DNA of 21,869 bases, from assembly GCA_963843795.1 (NCBI GenBank), contig CAWJLW010000011.1, positions 1-21,869 on the forward strand, written 5' to 3'. Position 1 is the stretch's first letter. Each line of letters opens with the position of its first letter. Of this stretch, positions 1-9,735 are shown piece after piece. A program made the position numbers and the translations under genes. The DNA is from an uncultured bacterium. Its GTDB lineage: Bacteria; Armatimonadota; Abditibacteriia; Abditibacteriales; Abditibacteriaceae. Below the pieces are notes generated by a model that had not been told where the DNA came from, made no database searches, and saw only the letters and a program-made list of their open reading frames with translations.

Positions 1-70
1 ATCACCTCACTATTGCAGTCTGCCAAAGGCTCACTAAGCTTTAAAAACCGCTCAATGATTTCTTAAGATT

Positions 71-859
71 TTAGGATTCTTGCGTTCGAATGATGTCCAG
101 TGTGACAAGAGACTGCAGATGATTTTCGAGACGTCTGGCGGGAGTTCCATGTAGCAAAACGCCAATTTCAATGTTGAGATGAAAGGCGTTATCGGTAAGA
201 TTGGCGCTCGAAACCAAACCGATTTGGCCATCGGCGACGGAGCATTTGGCGTGCAAGACGCCAAATTTAGTCCCATCCATATGACGCTTTTCGCGCGGCC
301 AATAATAAACGCGTGAATTGACGGAGAGCTGGCGAAAAGCCTCCGCAGCATCAAATGATAGCTTGCCTTCGCTGTCGGCACTCGTCTCGACAACAAAATT
401 CAAAGCCACCCCCCGCGCCGCTGCGCGCTGCAGAGCTTGCACCAGCGAATCGACGCGATAGGCGGCGAACGTAACGATCCATAATGTTCTTTGAGCGCTG
501 TTGATAATCTGCAAAAGCGCGGCTTCGGTTTGACGCCAATCCGAGCGATCGACTTGCGGTCCCGACCACACCAATTCCGCTTGTGGATAGCGATTGCGCA
601 AGACCTCGCTTTGCATCGCGACCTGTAATGCGAAGCTCAACGATTGCGCATTCAGCTCGTGATGTGAGGCGACGGCTTTTTGCCAAGCATCAAAACATCG
701 CAAAAGTTCAATTCGCGTAGACGGAAATGCTGCTCAGATCCGCCCATTCTTCGCGCCGCAAAATGCTCCACTCGCCAAACCACGATACAATGGCTCCAGC
801 AGCGAATCAGGAATATTGCGCACTAAAAGCGCCACGATCTGAGCTAGTTCTTGGTTCAT
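71..859 (-). CDS. drmC: DISARM phospholipase D-family nuclease DrmC (in-frame TGA at 734-736)
   Basis: ORF 71..703 has the HKD motif (LHAKCSVAD), SSANLT...NIEIG and ELVWSGP. An in-frame ATG at 859 (MNQELAQIVALLVRNIP...) gives about 262 codons if one TGA at 734-736 is read through. It is the last gene after drmB. Confidence 0.88.
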
Positions 860-945
860 GAACCGAATCAAAGAAAATTTCGAAAGGACAAGCTAAAGGA
901 GTGCTGCAAAAGCGTTACAGAAATACTTTGCTGCTTTCATTTACA

Positions 946-2906
946 TCAACTGAAAAATCTCAAGTCGGCGTCATGAAAAGTTTCGACTAGGGTTTTGCGG
1001 TCAAGAAATTTGTTGCCGCGTTCACAGGAAGTTTCGGGAGAAAACAGGCAGCCATGACATGCCGAGCCGTGTAGAGAAGTATCGTCAGCACCGGGACCAT
1101 GCTCCGAGCACAAAGGGTCCCCGGCACAAATTTCGATTTCTTCGAGAGCACATTGCAAGCGATAACCCAACTTTTCGGGGTCACCCAGCGAGACTAATCC
1201 GCCTAATGTGCCTTCGGAATCGGGCGCGGCGGTATAAATTAGAATTCCCGCCATCGGCCCATTATCTTCGTCGGGATCACGACAATACAAGCGCTCGCGC
1301 AAGGAGGAACTGCTGTAGCCACATTCCAAACACAAGGCGCGCATCAAGGCATGCGAAATCGAGTGCAGCAGCACATAGCGAGCGTGTACGCTTTCAGCAA
1401 CCATTGAAGGAACTTCCAAATGACGATCGGCACGCCAACGACGATTAGCCTGTTGCCATTCGCGGTCGTATTCTCGCACGTGCGATTGTTCGCACCAAGT
1501 GGCGACACGCTTTTCGTTCAATTGCAGAAAAATTCCCTCACCTCGCACTTCGACGGCTGGCACCCATGCGCAATCGGCACGAGAAAGGCGCCCGCGTTTC
1601 TCGCGGGAATATCTTCGACCTCACCCCAATCGCGTGGCGATTCAATGCGCGTAAAACCCAATAACGCATGCACTTCACGCAAGCGTTCCGCTAACACTAC
1701 GCGCTCAAAAAAATGTTCGTAACCTTTGGGCGAGTGCGACTTCACGCAGACGAAAATCTTTGCTTTCTCGCTGCGGGTCAGGATTAGAAAAGACATTCCA
1801 TTCCGGTGTTTTCAAATCTAGTTCTTCCCGCTTCTCTTCATCGCCCGCATTGCGTTTGGCTTCGATGGCCGCCCAAATCGATGGCGCATCAAAAGCCGCT
1901 AAAGTGTTGAGCTGACCGATGCTTTGCATTAATTCGACATTTTGCGCGTTTTGCAATTTGTCCAGCAGTGTCCAATTCTCTTCGACTAATTGTCCCAGTC
2001 GGTCGATTTGCGTGGGAATCGATAAGGCCGAAAGCGTAACCGGAAACCACGAGTTACTGGCGCCCAAAAGCATGGTTTTGACTTTGGCTTGACAGTCGGA
2101 AGCGAACTGGCGCAAATGCGGCTCTCGTCCGCGACACCGGCAGACGAAACCAGCTTTGCCCCCGGCTCGCCGAAATCTTTCTCAAAAGCTTGCGACATCG
2201 GTTTTTTCGCGTCGCAGTTGTCGCAAATCACTAGCACTGAGGAAGCGTCACCACCGGCGCCATTTTCCGTCATCTTTAAACGCGGCTGTGGACACGGTTG
2301 GCCCCCGTGCACGAAAGCGATCCAAGGAAAATCATCCAGATGACCATTTTCGCAAGCCAGCACAAAGCGCGATGGTAGGACAGCAGGCGCGCTATATTTA
2401 TGAACGTTGCAATGCGTGTGCACGTAGCGTGCTTTATCGGGACGAAAAGCATCGGTCTTCAAGTCGAATTGCCCTGAATCGACACGTCCCAAGAGTTCGC
2501 ATTTGGGACAGCGCATCCAGCGCGGAAAAGTCGCTACGGGAACGCCCGGCTCGCTACCGCCATCAGCTGCTGCTGTGTCATCAGGACGCGGTGGCGGTGC
2601 AATCAAACGTGTGACGTGCGAACCCATGATGGCCGGTTGCTTGACAGCCAACAGCAAGCGGTCTTCGGTGATCTCTAAGCCATTCATGTAATGCAAGGGC
2701 CAATCTTCCAAACCCATAATCATTACTGTCAGATGCGGCAAATCCACACTCGCACCGACACCGAACGAAAACATCAATTGCGAAGGCCGCATCTCGCCCA
2801 CACGATACCGATCCATTGTTTTTTTCATAGTTGAATTTGTGACCGAAAGCCCGCAAGGACTTATAGCACTGCAAGTACTTGCAGTGCCAATTACATTACG
2901 GCTCAT
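946..2906 (-). CDS. drmB: DISARM DUF1998-domain protein DrmB (about 3 frameshifts)
   Basis: Pieces 1986..2918, 1705..2115, 1518..1796 and 946..1563 join into one protein. N-terminus RPSQLMFSFGVGA; motifs CPKC, RFVLACENGHLDDFPW, GASNSWFP, EVRGEGIF; C-terminal DUF1998 pattern HSISHALM...SEGTLGGL...C..DPLC...ACHGC...ETSCERGN.FLDR. The start could be 2906 (overlapping the drmA end), 2828 or 2816. Confidence 0.92.
2866..2887. repeat. Perfect 22-bp palindrome
   Basis: GCACTGCAAGTACTTGCAGTGC at the drmA/drmB junction. Confidence 0.95.
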
Positions 2907-5900
2907 CGTCCATTCCACCTTCTTGCAGCATCAAAGAGCACATCGCTTCGACATCGCGGAGCGAATTCAAGCAAGTGAAATCCTGCCACGAGCCGCCATC
3001 GGGCTTCTCGAGCAAACCCGATAAGTTGTTGCCGGATTTGTAAGCCAGGGGAACGCCGCTTTGGCTTTGCTTGACGATGCGCGCTTGCCAACTATCGACG
3101 CGCGCTTTGAGTGCAGTTTCGACGTTATCGCGCACTTGTTTCAATTCTTCAACATCACCCGCTCTTTGCGCGATGGTTTGCACGGCGTTTTGCACGGCGG
3201 TTTCCAGCGGCTGCATGGTGCTCGCTGTTTCGTTGGCGTTGAGATTTTCGTTTTCAAGGCGCAACAGAGCAACCAATAAAGCCGATAAACCACGATCCAG
3301 AGCGCGCGGTGCAAAAGGCGTAACCGATAAGGCTTCGACATGCTGATAGAACGTTGCATGGTACTGCTCGAAGGTTTCGTAATGGTTTAGGTCGCGTGGT
3401 CTGGCCCAGTTGAACACCGTGCAAACTACACCCGGCTTTTGGCGTCCAACGCGCGAAGTGGCTTGAATGTATTCGCTGGTCGATTTGGGCTGGCCGCCCA
3501 CGATCATCAGACCCAGACGCGGCACGTCCACACCGACCGAAATCATATTGGTCGCCAGGCAGACATCTAATGGCACCACGGTTTTGGCACGACGCTTTGC
3601 CTTTGCGTCGGCTTTGCGCTCCTGCTCGGACTGCGGGTCGAAAACCGCGTTGAGTTTGTCGAGCATGACGGGAATATCCGTGGCGCTTTTACGCGAAGTT
3701 AATTCTTCGACTTGCTTGATTTCGCGTCGGCTTAAACCGCGCCTTTCCACTCGCTTGAGGCGCGAAGTCACATCGTCGTCGATCAAGCGACGCATGCCAC
3801 CCAATTCGCGCATCGAACTGAAATAGCCGATTGTCGTGAGATACGGATCGGCGGCTTTGCCATATTTCGTATACAAAGTTTGGGCGGCGCCCATATACGC
3901 CACGTAAACCCGAATCAAAGCTGACTTCAAACGCTTGCCCGGAGCACAAACTCCGACGTAGAGACGTGAAGGCGTGGCATCGGTAGAATCGGCGCGACGC
4001 GAAAAAAAGTTGTCGCGAGAATCCAAGCCAGGCGGCGGGAAAATTTCGACTTCACGCAAGAACAAGGCTTTCATCTGGCGCCGCGCGTTGCGCACGGTGG
4101 CAGTTGAAGCGATCACTTTGGGGCGCACGGTTTTCCCATTCACTTGCCACGAACACAAGCGATCAACGGCGGTTTCATACAAACCGACCAGCGTGCCCAG
4201 CGGCCCGGAAATCAGATGCAATTCGTCTTGAATAATCAAATCCGGTGGGCGTAGTGGGCCGTGACTTGTGCTGCGCGTTGCAGGCAAAAAACCTTTGGCG
4301 GGATGCGTCGGCGTATCTTGGACTTCGGGACTGAGAAAACCGTGACGCGGGCAATGGCCATTGACTTTCCCGAATAGCATGCCCGTCAATCCATTCCACG
4401 GCATCTGGGCAAATTTATCGACGGTCGCGATCACTAGGGCGGGCAAGCGGCGATAAATTTCTTCGTCCACGACCATCGCTGGCACGCCTTCGCCGGGCGA
4501 ATTTTTGCGATTGAAAGCGCAGTTGTGCTGAAAATCGGGACAGTAAAGCAAGGTGCGCGCGCGGTCAGTATCGACCACGACATCGCGCCCGGCATCAATA
4601 GCCGCACCGCACCACGGGCAGTTGGTAAATTGCAGGGGCGTCGCTACGCCCGCTGAAAAAGCGTTATTTTTCAGATTCTTGATCGCTTCACTGGCGTCCA
4701 GAGTTTTGTTGGGAGTGGTCTTGGCTCCTACCCATAAACCCAGTCGAAACGGCTCATCGCCCCATAAACGCGGATTGGCGCGTCGCTCGATTTCACAAGC
4801 GCAAATCAAACTGGCCGCGCGCTGAAACTGCTGCAAAGTCAACAAGCGCAAGGTGTAGCGCATCAAGACCGCCACGCCATGCATTCCATCGTAGCCCGCA
4901 ACTGTCCCTTGCAAGCGACGGATCGCCAGAGTGAAAGCTGTCAGGCCCAGATAAGCTTCGGTTTTGCCACCACCGGTCGGAAACCACAGCAGATCGGCTG
5001 TAGCCTGCACGCTAGCGCTGCGGTCGTGGTGATTTAGATCGGCCAAAGAGGGTAAGTTGAGCAGAATGAAAGCGAGCTGAAACGGACGCCAGAGACGATT
5101 TTTTTCAATATCGAAAGTCGTCAATTGCGCTTTGTCGTCACTGCGCCGCGCTTCGATCCACAGCGAATGCACGCGCTGCGTTGCCATCGTGCGATTTGCA
5201 AAGCGAAACGCTTGCAGCGCGCGTTTATCGCGCGCTAATAAGTCGATGCCTTCGGCGATACGCTTTTGCGCCTGTTCACATTTTTCCAGAGTGCGACGCG
5301 CCGTCGTTTGGTAATGACCCAGCGTCGGATCGCTGCTTATTTCGGCGCGCTGCCGTTCAATCCATTGCGCGTAAGCCTCCATAAGCGGGCGCAATGCGGC
5401 GACGATTTCACTGTCGGGCAAGGTGGCCAAGTCCTGCATGGAAAGGTTTAGACCCGACAATTCGGGAATATCATCGATTCTGGGAGCGTCTTGCCGTTCG
5501 ACTTCCTGTGTGGGGATGGGTGAAGTTTCGATGGCGCGTGCGCGACGCGGGTTTTCCGTATCGCGTTCGGCATGAACTGAAACGTTGTGGCCCACGGCGA
5601 ATTCAACGCAGTGGCGATGCATCATCGCCAGTTGCAAGCGTTCATCCCATCCCACACTGTCCTGTTTCTCGTCGCTGCTATCGAGCGCGATGGGATGGGG
5701 AGCGAAAATCGACGCGCCATCGACACCTTCCACGCGCAAATGCGTTTGAAAGAGCCACGCGGAATCGGCGCTGCTTTCCGGTTCAGTCGCTTTGTTGATG
5801 AGAAACAAAGTCACGACCCAGTGCTCGCCCTGTCCCCAATCGCGTTTGCGGGCGCGTCCTTCGACCCAAACATCGGGCGCATTGGCGGCGTCGGGCTGCC

Positions 5901-6424
5901 ACTCGGGTAAGTCACCTTCTTTAAGTGCAAGTACTTGCGCGCCGTCGCGTGGCGTGCGCTTCCACACCATTTTTGGCGCGCCATCTGATTTCTTGATGGT
6001 AGCGGAAAGTTCGCGACGATATTCACCCCACGAAGCTTTGCCAAGCAGTTGCTCAACGTCCAGAGGCAGCGTGAAGGTGAAGCCGAAGGTGCAGGGAAAC
6101 ATCGAGCGCGCGTCGGTTTCGGGCTGATCGGCTTCGATGGGGCCATCTTCTTTGGTGGTATTGACGCCATTGAAGGCTTCGGCTCCGACTTCGACGTGCC
6201 AGTTTTTGCGATGGCGCGGCGCGAGCATTCCGCACAGATAACGCTCGGAGACGATTTCATCCACTTCTTCTCGTGGGCCACCCGCCGGGCCGATGAGATC
6301 GTTGCGCACCATCTGCTGCAATTCGTCACGAATTTGCAGTGAAGTGGGAGGTGCTAATAGCGCTGTACTGTCAGCGCCGCTGCAGGTACTTTGCAGCGGC
6401 GCTTCGGGAAGAAAGTTCGTTCAT
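2896..6424 (-). CDS. drmA: DISARM SF2 helicase DrmA
   Basis: Uninterrupted 1141-aa ORF 2896..6321 with WRPFQLAF, Walker A LLWFPTGGGKTEAY, MRYTLRLLTLQQFQR, IIQDELHLISGPLG, ASTAT, ATNMISVGVD and EYIQATSRVGR. The likely true ATG is at 6424, since deleting one T at 6390-6392 joins it in frame. Confidence 0.95.
6373..6403. repeat. Palindromic element (12-bp arms) at the 5' end of drmA
   Basis: AGCGCCGCTGCA-GGTACTT-TGCAGCGGCGCT. Confidence 0.9.
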
Positions 6425-6439
6425 AGAATTTAAGATTGT

Positions 6440-7118
6440 TCAATTTGATGCGCGCCACAGCCAATCTTCGCCCACAGAACGCTCGGCGTATTTTAGATAA
6501 TTTTGCAGGGTTTGCTCAACGTTTTCTTGTGCGCTTTGCAAGCCACTTCCAAAGACAGATCTTAAAGTTTGGTCACACGTCTTTTGGTATTACGCATGCA
6601 CAAACTTCTTCAAACCCAACATGAGCGCATAACGCTAATATCGTCGCTTCCAGACAAACGACGCGATTTTCCAAGCTGTCACGCATGGTTTGTACATGAG
6701 GACGGTGTGGCAGTGGTGCATCGATGGCATGGCGACCAAAAGCGTAAATTGAATTTTTGTCGCCCGTGACGAGAAAAGATTCGGGAGTGCGAAAAGCTTC
6801 GGAAAATAGAATCAGTTCGCCACCATCGACGCGGCACGTTTTGCCATCCTCATCTTCGTATTCAGCACCTTCTAAAGCATCGCCGTCAATTTCGTTGGGT
6901 GCTAAGGGCAAGGCTGTAGCGCGCTCGCAAAATTGCAAAGCGCGCGCGATAGAACTTGCGTCATGAAGTTGACGCGTTTTTGCACTGGGCTTGCGCATAC
7001 GATGCGCAGCAGCTTCAAGAACGCAAATTTCCTGACCTTGCAAAATTTCAACAGTAGCATCCAAAAGATTGAACGCCGCCAACTTCAAAATGATGTCGTT
7101 ATCGGTGAATAAAACCAT
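6440..7118 (-). CDS. PIN-like domain protein (putative nuclease/toxin), one frameshift near 6580
   Basis: Starts MVLFTDNDIILKL (acidic residues after the first strand), then VDGGELILF and FLVTGDKNS, an acidic pattern resembling PIN folds. After a frame change at about 6580 it continues CDQTLRSVFGSGLQ...YLKYAERSVGEDWLWRASN to a TGA at 6440-6442. Confidence 0.6.
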
Positions 7119-7134
7119 CGTATACAATCAAATT

Positions 7135-8180
7135 TCAGGCGGCACATTCTGCACTTGTGATGCTGGCAAGGTGGGCCACAAACTCGTAATCGTCGTCACT
7201 TAAAGCCAGCCAATCGGCCTGTTCTGCATAATGTGCATAAAGTTGCAGCGCGTTTTGTTCGGCTTCCACAACTTTTAGTGCATTGACGCAGAGCCAGCTC
7301 TTTTACGGTGATCTTGATGAAACCAATTAAGCAGGATCGCTCCGGGATGAACCCCAATGGTATGTGCATACTCAGTGACTTCTGCTGCCAGAGTCGTGGA
7401 ATCTGGCCAATCGTTCTGGTAATCAAATGATGTATCCGCACTTCCAGTTAACAATTCGACCGCGAAGTCATTGGCCGCACGCTCTTCTTCGTCTTCTTCG
7501 TCTTCAGCACCAGTGTAAGAATCAAAGATTTCGCCACCTTTGCCGATGTGCCCCAAAACATGATGTCCTAACTCGTGCGCCACGATAAATGCTTGCCACG
7601 CCGGAGAATTGCGACTGCAAAAAGTTAAAATGACCGGATCGCCAGCTGGACACAATGCCATGCCATCGAACTTCTTCATGCCTTCGGGCAAGCAGGCGTG
7701 CACGACTGGTAAGCCGCGTTCCCAGCAGAAACCCAGCAGTTCTTCCAAACTAATCCACGATGTGCCGCTTTCCATGATGACCGCGCGAATTTTGCGCGCG
7801 CTCCATTGGCTCCAATCGGTATTTTTCCTTTCTTGCAGGGGCGTGGCTGCACGATGAGCCTCTGTCGTTAATGCTCCCAGGCGCGCGCCCATCGCACGTG
7901 CCAATTTCACTTTGCTCAGATCGGCATTGTTGTGAGTTTTGAAGCGCGCGCGAGGCGCATCATTCAACTTCAGCTCAGCGCTTTGATCTCGCAAAGACGC
8001 CAAATCTAAACCCAACTGGCGCGCGAATAAAATTTCCAATTCGTAGCGCGCCGATGCCGAGCTATCGAGTTCTTCGCTCCACCATTGCGGCCACAATACG
8101 TCTTTGACCCAAGCTTTGGGCAAGCCCAAGCTGTGCAAGCGTCCAGTCAATTGCTTGCGATAGAGATTTTTGTTCGTCAT
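7135..8180 (-). CDS. ImmA/IrrE-family (HEXXH) metallopeptidase-like protein with an N-terminal extension, one frameshift near 7300
   Basis: WQAFIVAHELGHHVLGH...EERAANDFAVELL motif. ORF 7275..8180 continues in another frame (SWLCVNALKVVE...DWLALSDDDYEFVAHL...) to a TGA at 7135-7137, 16 bp before the PIN-like ATG. Confidence 0.8.
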
Positions 8181-8183
8181 GGT

Positions 8184-8732
8184 CTACCTCTCTTGCATGT
8201 CCAACATGCTCAACAAACCCAGCGATAGCAAGCGCACAGTTAAGGCTTGTTCGCTGACTTTAAAGATCGTGCTCAGTTTGCGAATGGCTTTTTCATCATT
8301 CAAATCTAACTGATGCGCGACGGTTAATTTTTCAACTTCCAGACGTGGCATCAGAAGCTCGGCGGCAAAAGCGTTGGCTTCCATTTCCACGTCTAATTCA
8401 CCCGTTTGCGAACGAACATCGCGCCGAAACGAAAGCGCGCCATCGACAAAAGCTGTCGCTTTTTCACCAGCTTTCCAATGCAGTACATAATGCCCTAATT
8501 CGTGCGCGACCGTGAATCTTTGACGCCGTTGAGAATGGCGATTGTTCACCGCGATCACGGCTTGGCCATCCTGGGCGAAAAGCGCGCCCGAAGTTTTCTC
8601 TTCCAACTCCTTCCAAACAATCGACACGCCCATGTGCTGGGCCAACTCTTCGACATCGACGGGAAGTTTTGTCATGCCATAACGCTCGCGGACTTGCTCG
8701 ACTTCCTTTTCAATTTGCGCTCGGCTTTTCAT
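8184..8732 (-). CDS. ImmA/IrrE-family Zn metallopeptidase (CapP/IrrE-like, stand-alone)
   Basis: 182 aa. PVDVEELA, SGAL, RQRFTVAHELGH and EMEANAFAAELLMP are the family's typical motifs. SD-like AAGGGG upstream. Confidence 0.92.
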   Translation of the reverse strand: MKSRAQIEKEVEQVRERYGMTKLPVDVEELAQHMGVSIVWKELEEKTSGALFAQDGQAVIAVNNRHSQRRQRFTVAHELGHYVLHWKAGEKATAFVDGALSFRRDVRSQTGELDVEMEANAFAAELLMPRLEVEKLTVAHQLDLNDEKAIRKLSTIFKVSEQALTVRLLSLGLLSMLDMQER

Positions 8733-8746
8733 TTTGTGTGTCCCCT

Positions 8747-9124
8747 TTATCTGCTCACGCCTTCACCGGCATTTTGGATTTCGCGCAAAGCCTCTGACAG
8801 TTTGGGAGTCAAATTGCGCTCTGCTCCCACGATTTCCATCGCCAACATGCTTTCTTTGGGCATTGCTGAGGGCGCTAACGCTTCGGGCAGAATATCCGTA
8901 ATTGAGAGCTGCAACTCGCTACATAAGAGCACGCATTGCCACAATGATGGCTTTTGGCGTGCCGCTTCGATATGAGCCAGCGTTGTGCGCTCGATGCCCA
9001 AACGCGATGTCACATCGTCTTGTGTCAAAGACAATTCGAGCCGACGCTCGCGGAATCGTCGGCTCACTGCTTCGTAAAAATTCTTCTCGTCTCTTTCATT
9101 ATATCCGTTAATTTCACTCACCAC
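8747..9124 (-). CDS. XRE/Cro-family HTH transcriptional regulator
   Basis: FRERRLELSLTQDDVTSRLGIERTTLAHIEAARQKPSL fits the HTH_3 pattern. GTG start with AGGGA SD. Ends 14 bp upstream of the peptidase gene. Confidence 0.9.
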   Translation of the reverse strand: MVSEINGYNERDEKNFYEAVSRRFRERRLELSLTQDDVTSRLGIERTTLAHIEAARQKPSLWQCVLLCSELQLSITDILPEALAPSAMPKESMLAMEIVGAERNLTPKLSEALREIQNAGEGVSR

Positions 9125-9245
9125 TTTTCCCTATGCTTGGGTTAGTTTTCCACAGTTAGACGCACAAAATAGGGAAAAGATTCGTAATGGTGAATTTTCT
9201 TCACGTTTTGATAAAAAAATTCACAATTATTTTAAATGTGACGAA
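9124..9245. promoter_or_regulatory. AT-rich divergent control region with several inverted repeats (candidate operators and an RBS-occluding stem)
   Basis: CTTTTCCCTAT 9124-9134 / ATAGGGAAAAG 9169-9179; GTGAATTTT 9190-9198 / AAAATTCAC 9216-9224; GTGAA-N5-TTCAC 9190-9204; TCACA-N11-TGTGA 9221-9241. Lies between divergent genes. Confidence 0.6.
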
Positions 9246-9380
9246 ACTTAACAAAATAATGAGCGTTTAAATAGTCAGTTCTCGAACCCAGAGATGAAAA
9301 TTTCCGATTTCGAGAAGCGCTCGTTAAATCTAAAGCCTCGACCGGCGGGCGTTATTAATGAGGCAAAAAGGAAGATTCAG

Positions 9381-9638
9381 ATGAATTTTCAACATTGGCC
9401 AATGAATTTGGCTTCGGGTGGCGGCATTGCGATGACTATCGACACGCAATGCGATGTGTTTTTGGTGGATGACAGCAACTTTGCGTCATTCAAAAGCGGC
9501 AGAGATTTTCGCTATTATGGCGGCAATCAAAAGCTGAAGCAGGTTCGCATTCGGGTTCCGCGCAGTGGGCATTGGCATTTAGTATTGGTGCCGATGCCCG
9601 GAAATACGGTGCGTTATTCTGAACCGATAATATTCTGA
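9381..9638 (+). CDS. DUF1883-like small protein (85 aa)
   Basis: ATG at 9381 follows AAGGAAG. MNFQHW...DVFLVDDSNFASFKSGRDFRYYGG...IRVPRSGHWHLVL matches the DUF1883 pattern as I recall it. Confidence 0.75.
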   Translation: MNFQHWPMNLASGGGIAMTIDTQCDVFLVDDSNFASFKSGRDFRYYGGNQKLKQVRIRVPRSGHWHLVLVPMPGNTVRYSEPIIF

Positions 9639-9649
9639 TCGGTTAGCGC

Positions 9650-9690
9650 AACACAAAAACCTTCGTCCAAATGGACGAAGGTTTTGTGTT
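9650..9690. terminator. Probable bidirectional intrinsic terminator between convergent DUF1883 and drmMI
   Basis: AACACAAAAACCTTCGTCCA-AA-TGGACGAAGGTTTTGTGTT is a near-perfect 19-bp stem with A/T tracts on both sides. Confidence 0.75.
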
Positions 9691-9696
9691 TTAAAG

Positions 9697-9725
9697 AGCG
9701 TGCTGCAAGTAGCTTGCAGCACGCT
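9697..9725. repeat. Palindromic element (13-bp arms) with a GCAAGTA(G)CTTGC core
   Basis: AGCGTGCTGCAAG-TAG-CTTGCAGCACGCT, 10 bp downstream of the reconstructed drmMI stop. Confidence 0.85.
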
Positions 9726-9735
9726 TTTGACGTGA

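Noticed and set aside
734..736. TGA recoding (alternative genetic code or selenocysteine)
   Set aside because: TGA acts as a normal stop for drmB, the DUF1883-like gene and the reconstructed cassette genes, and the position is not catalytic.
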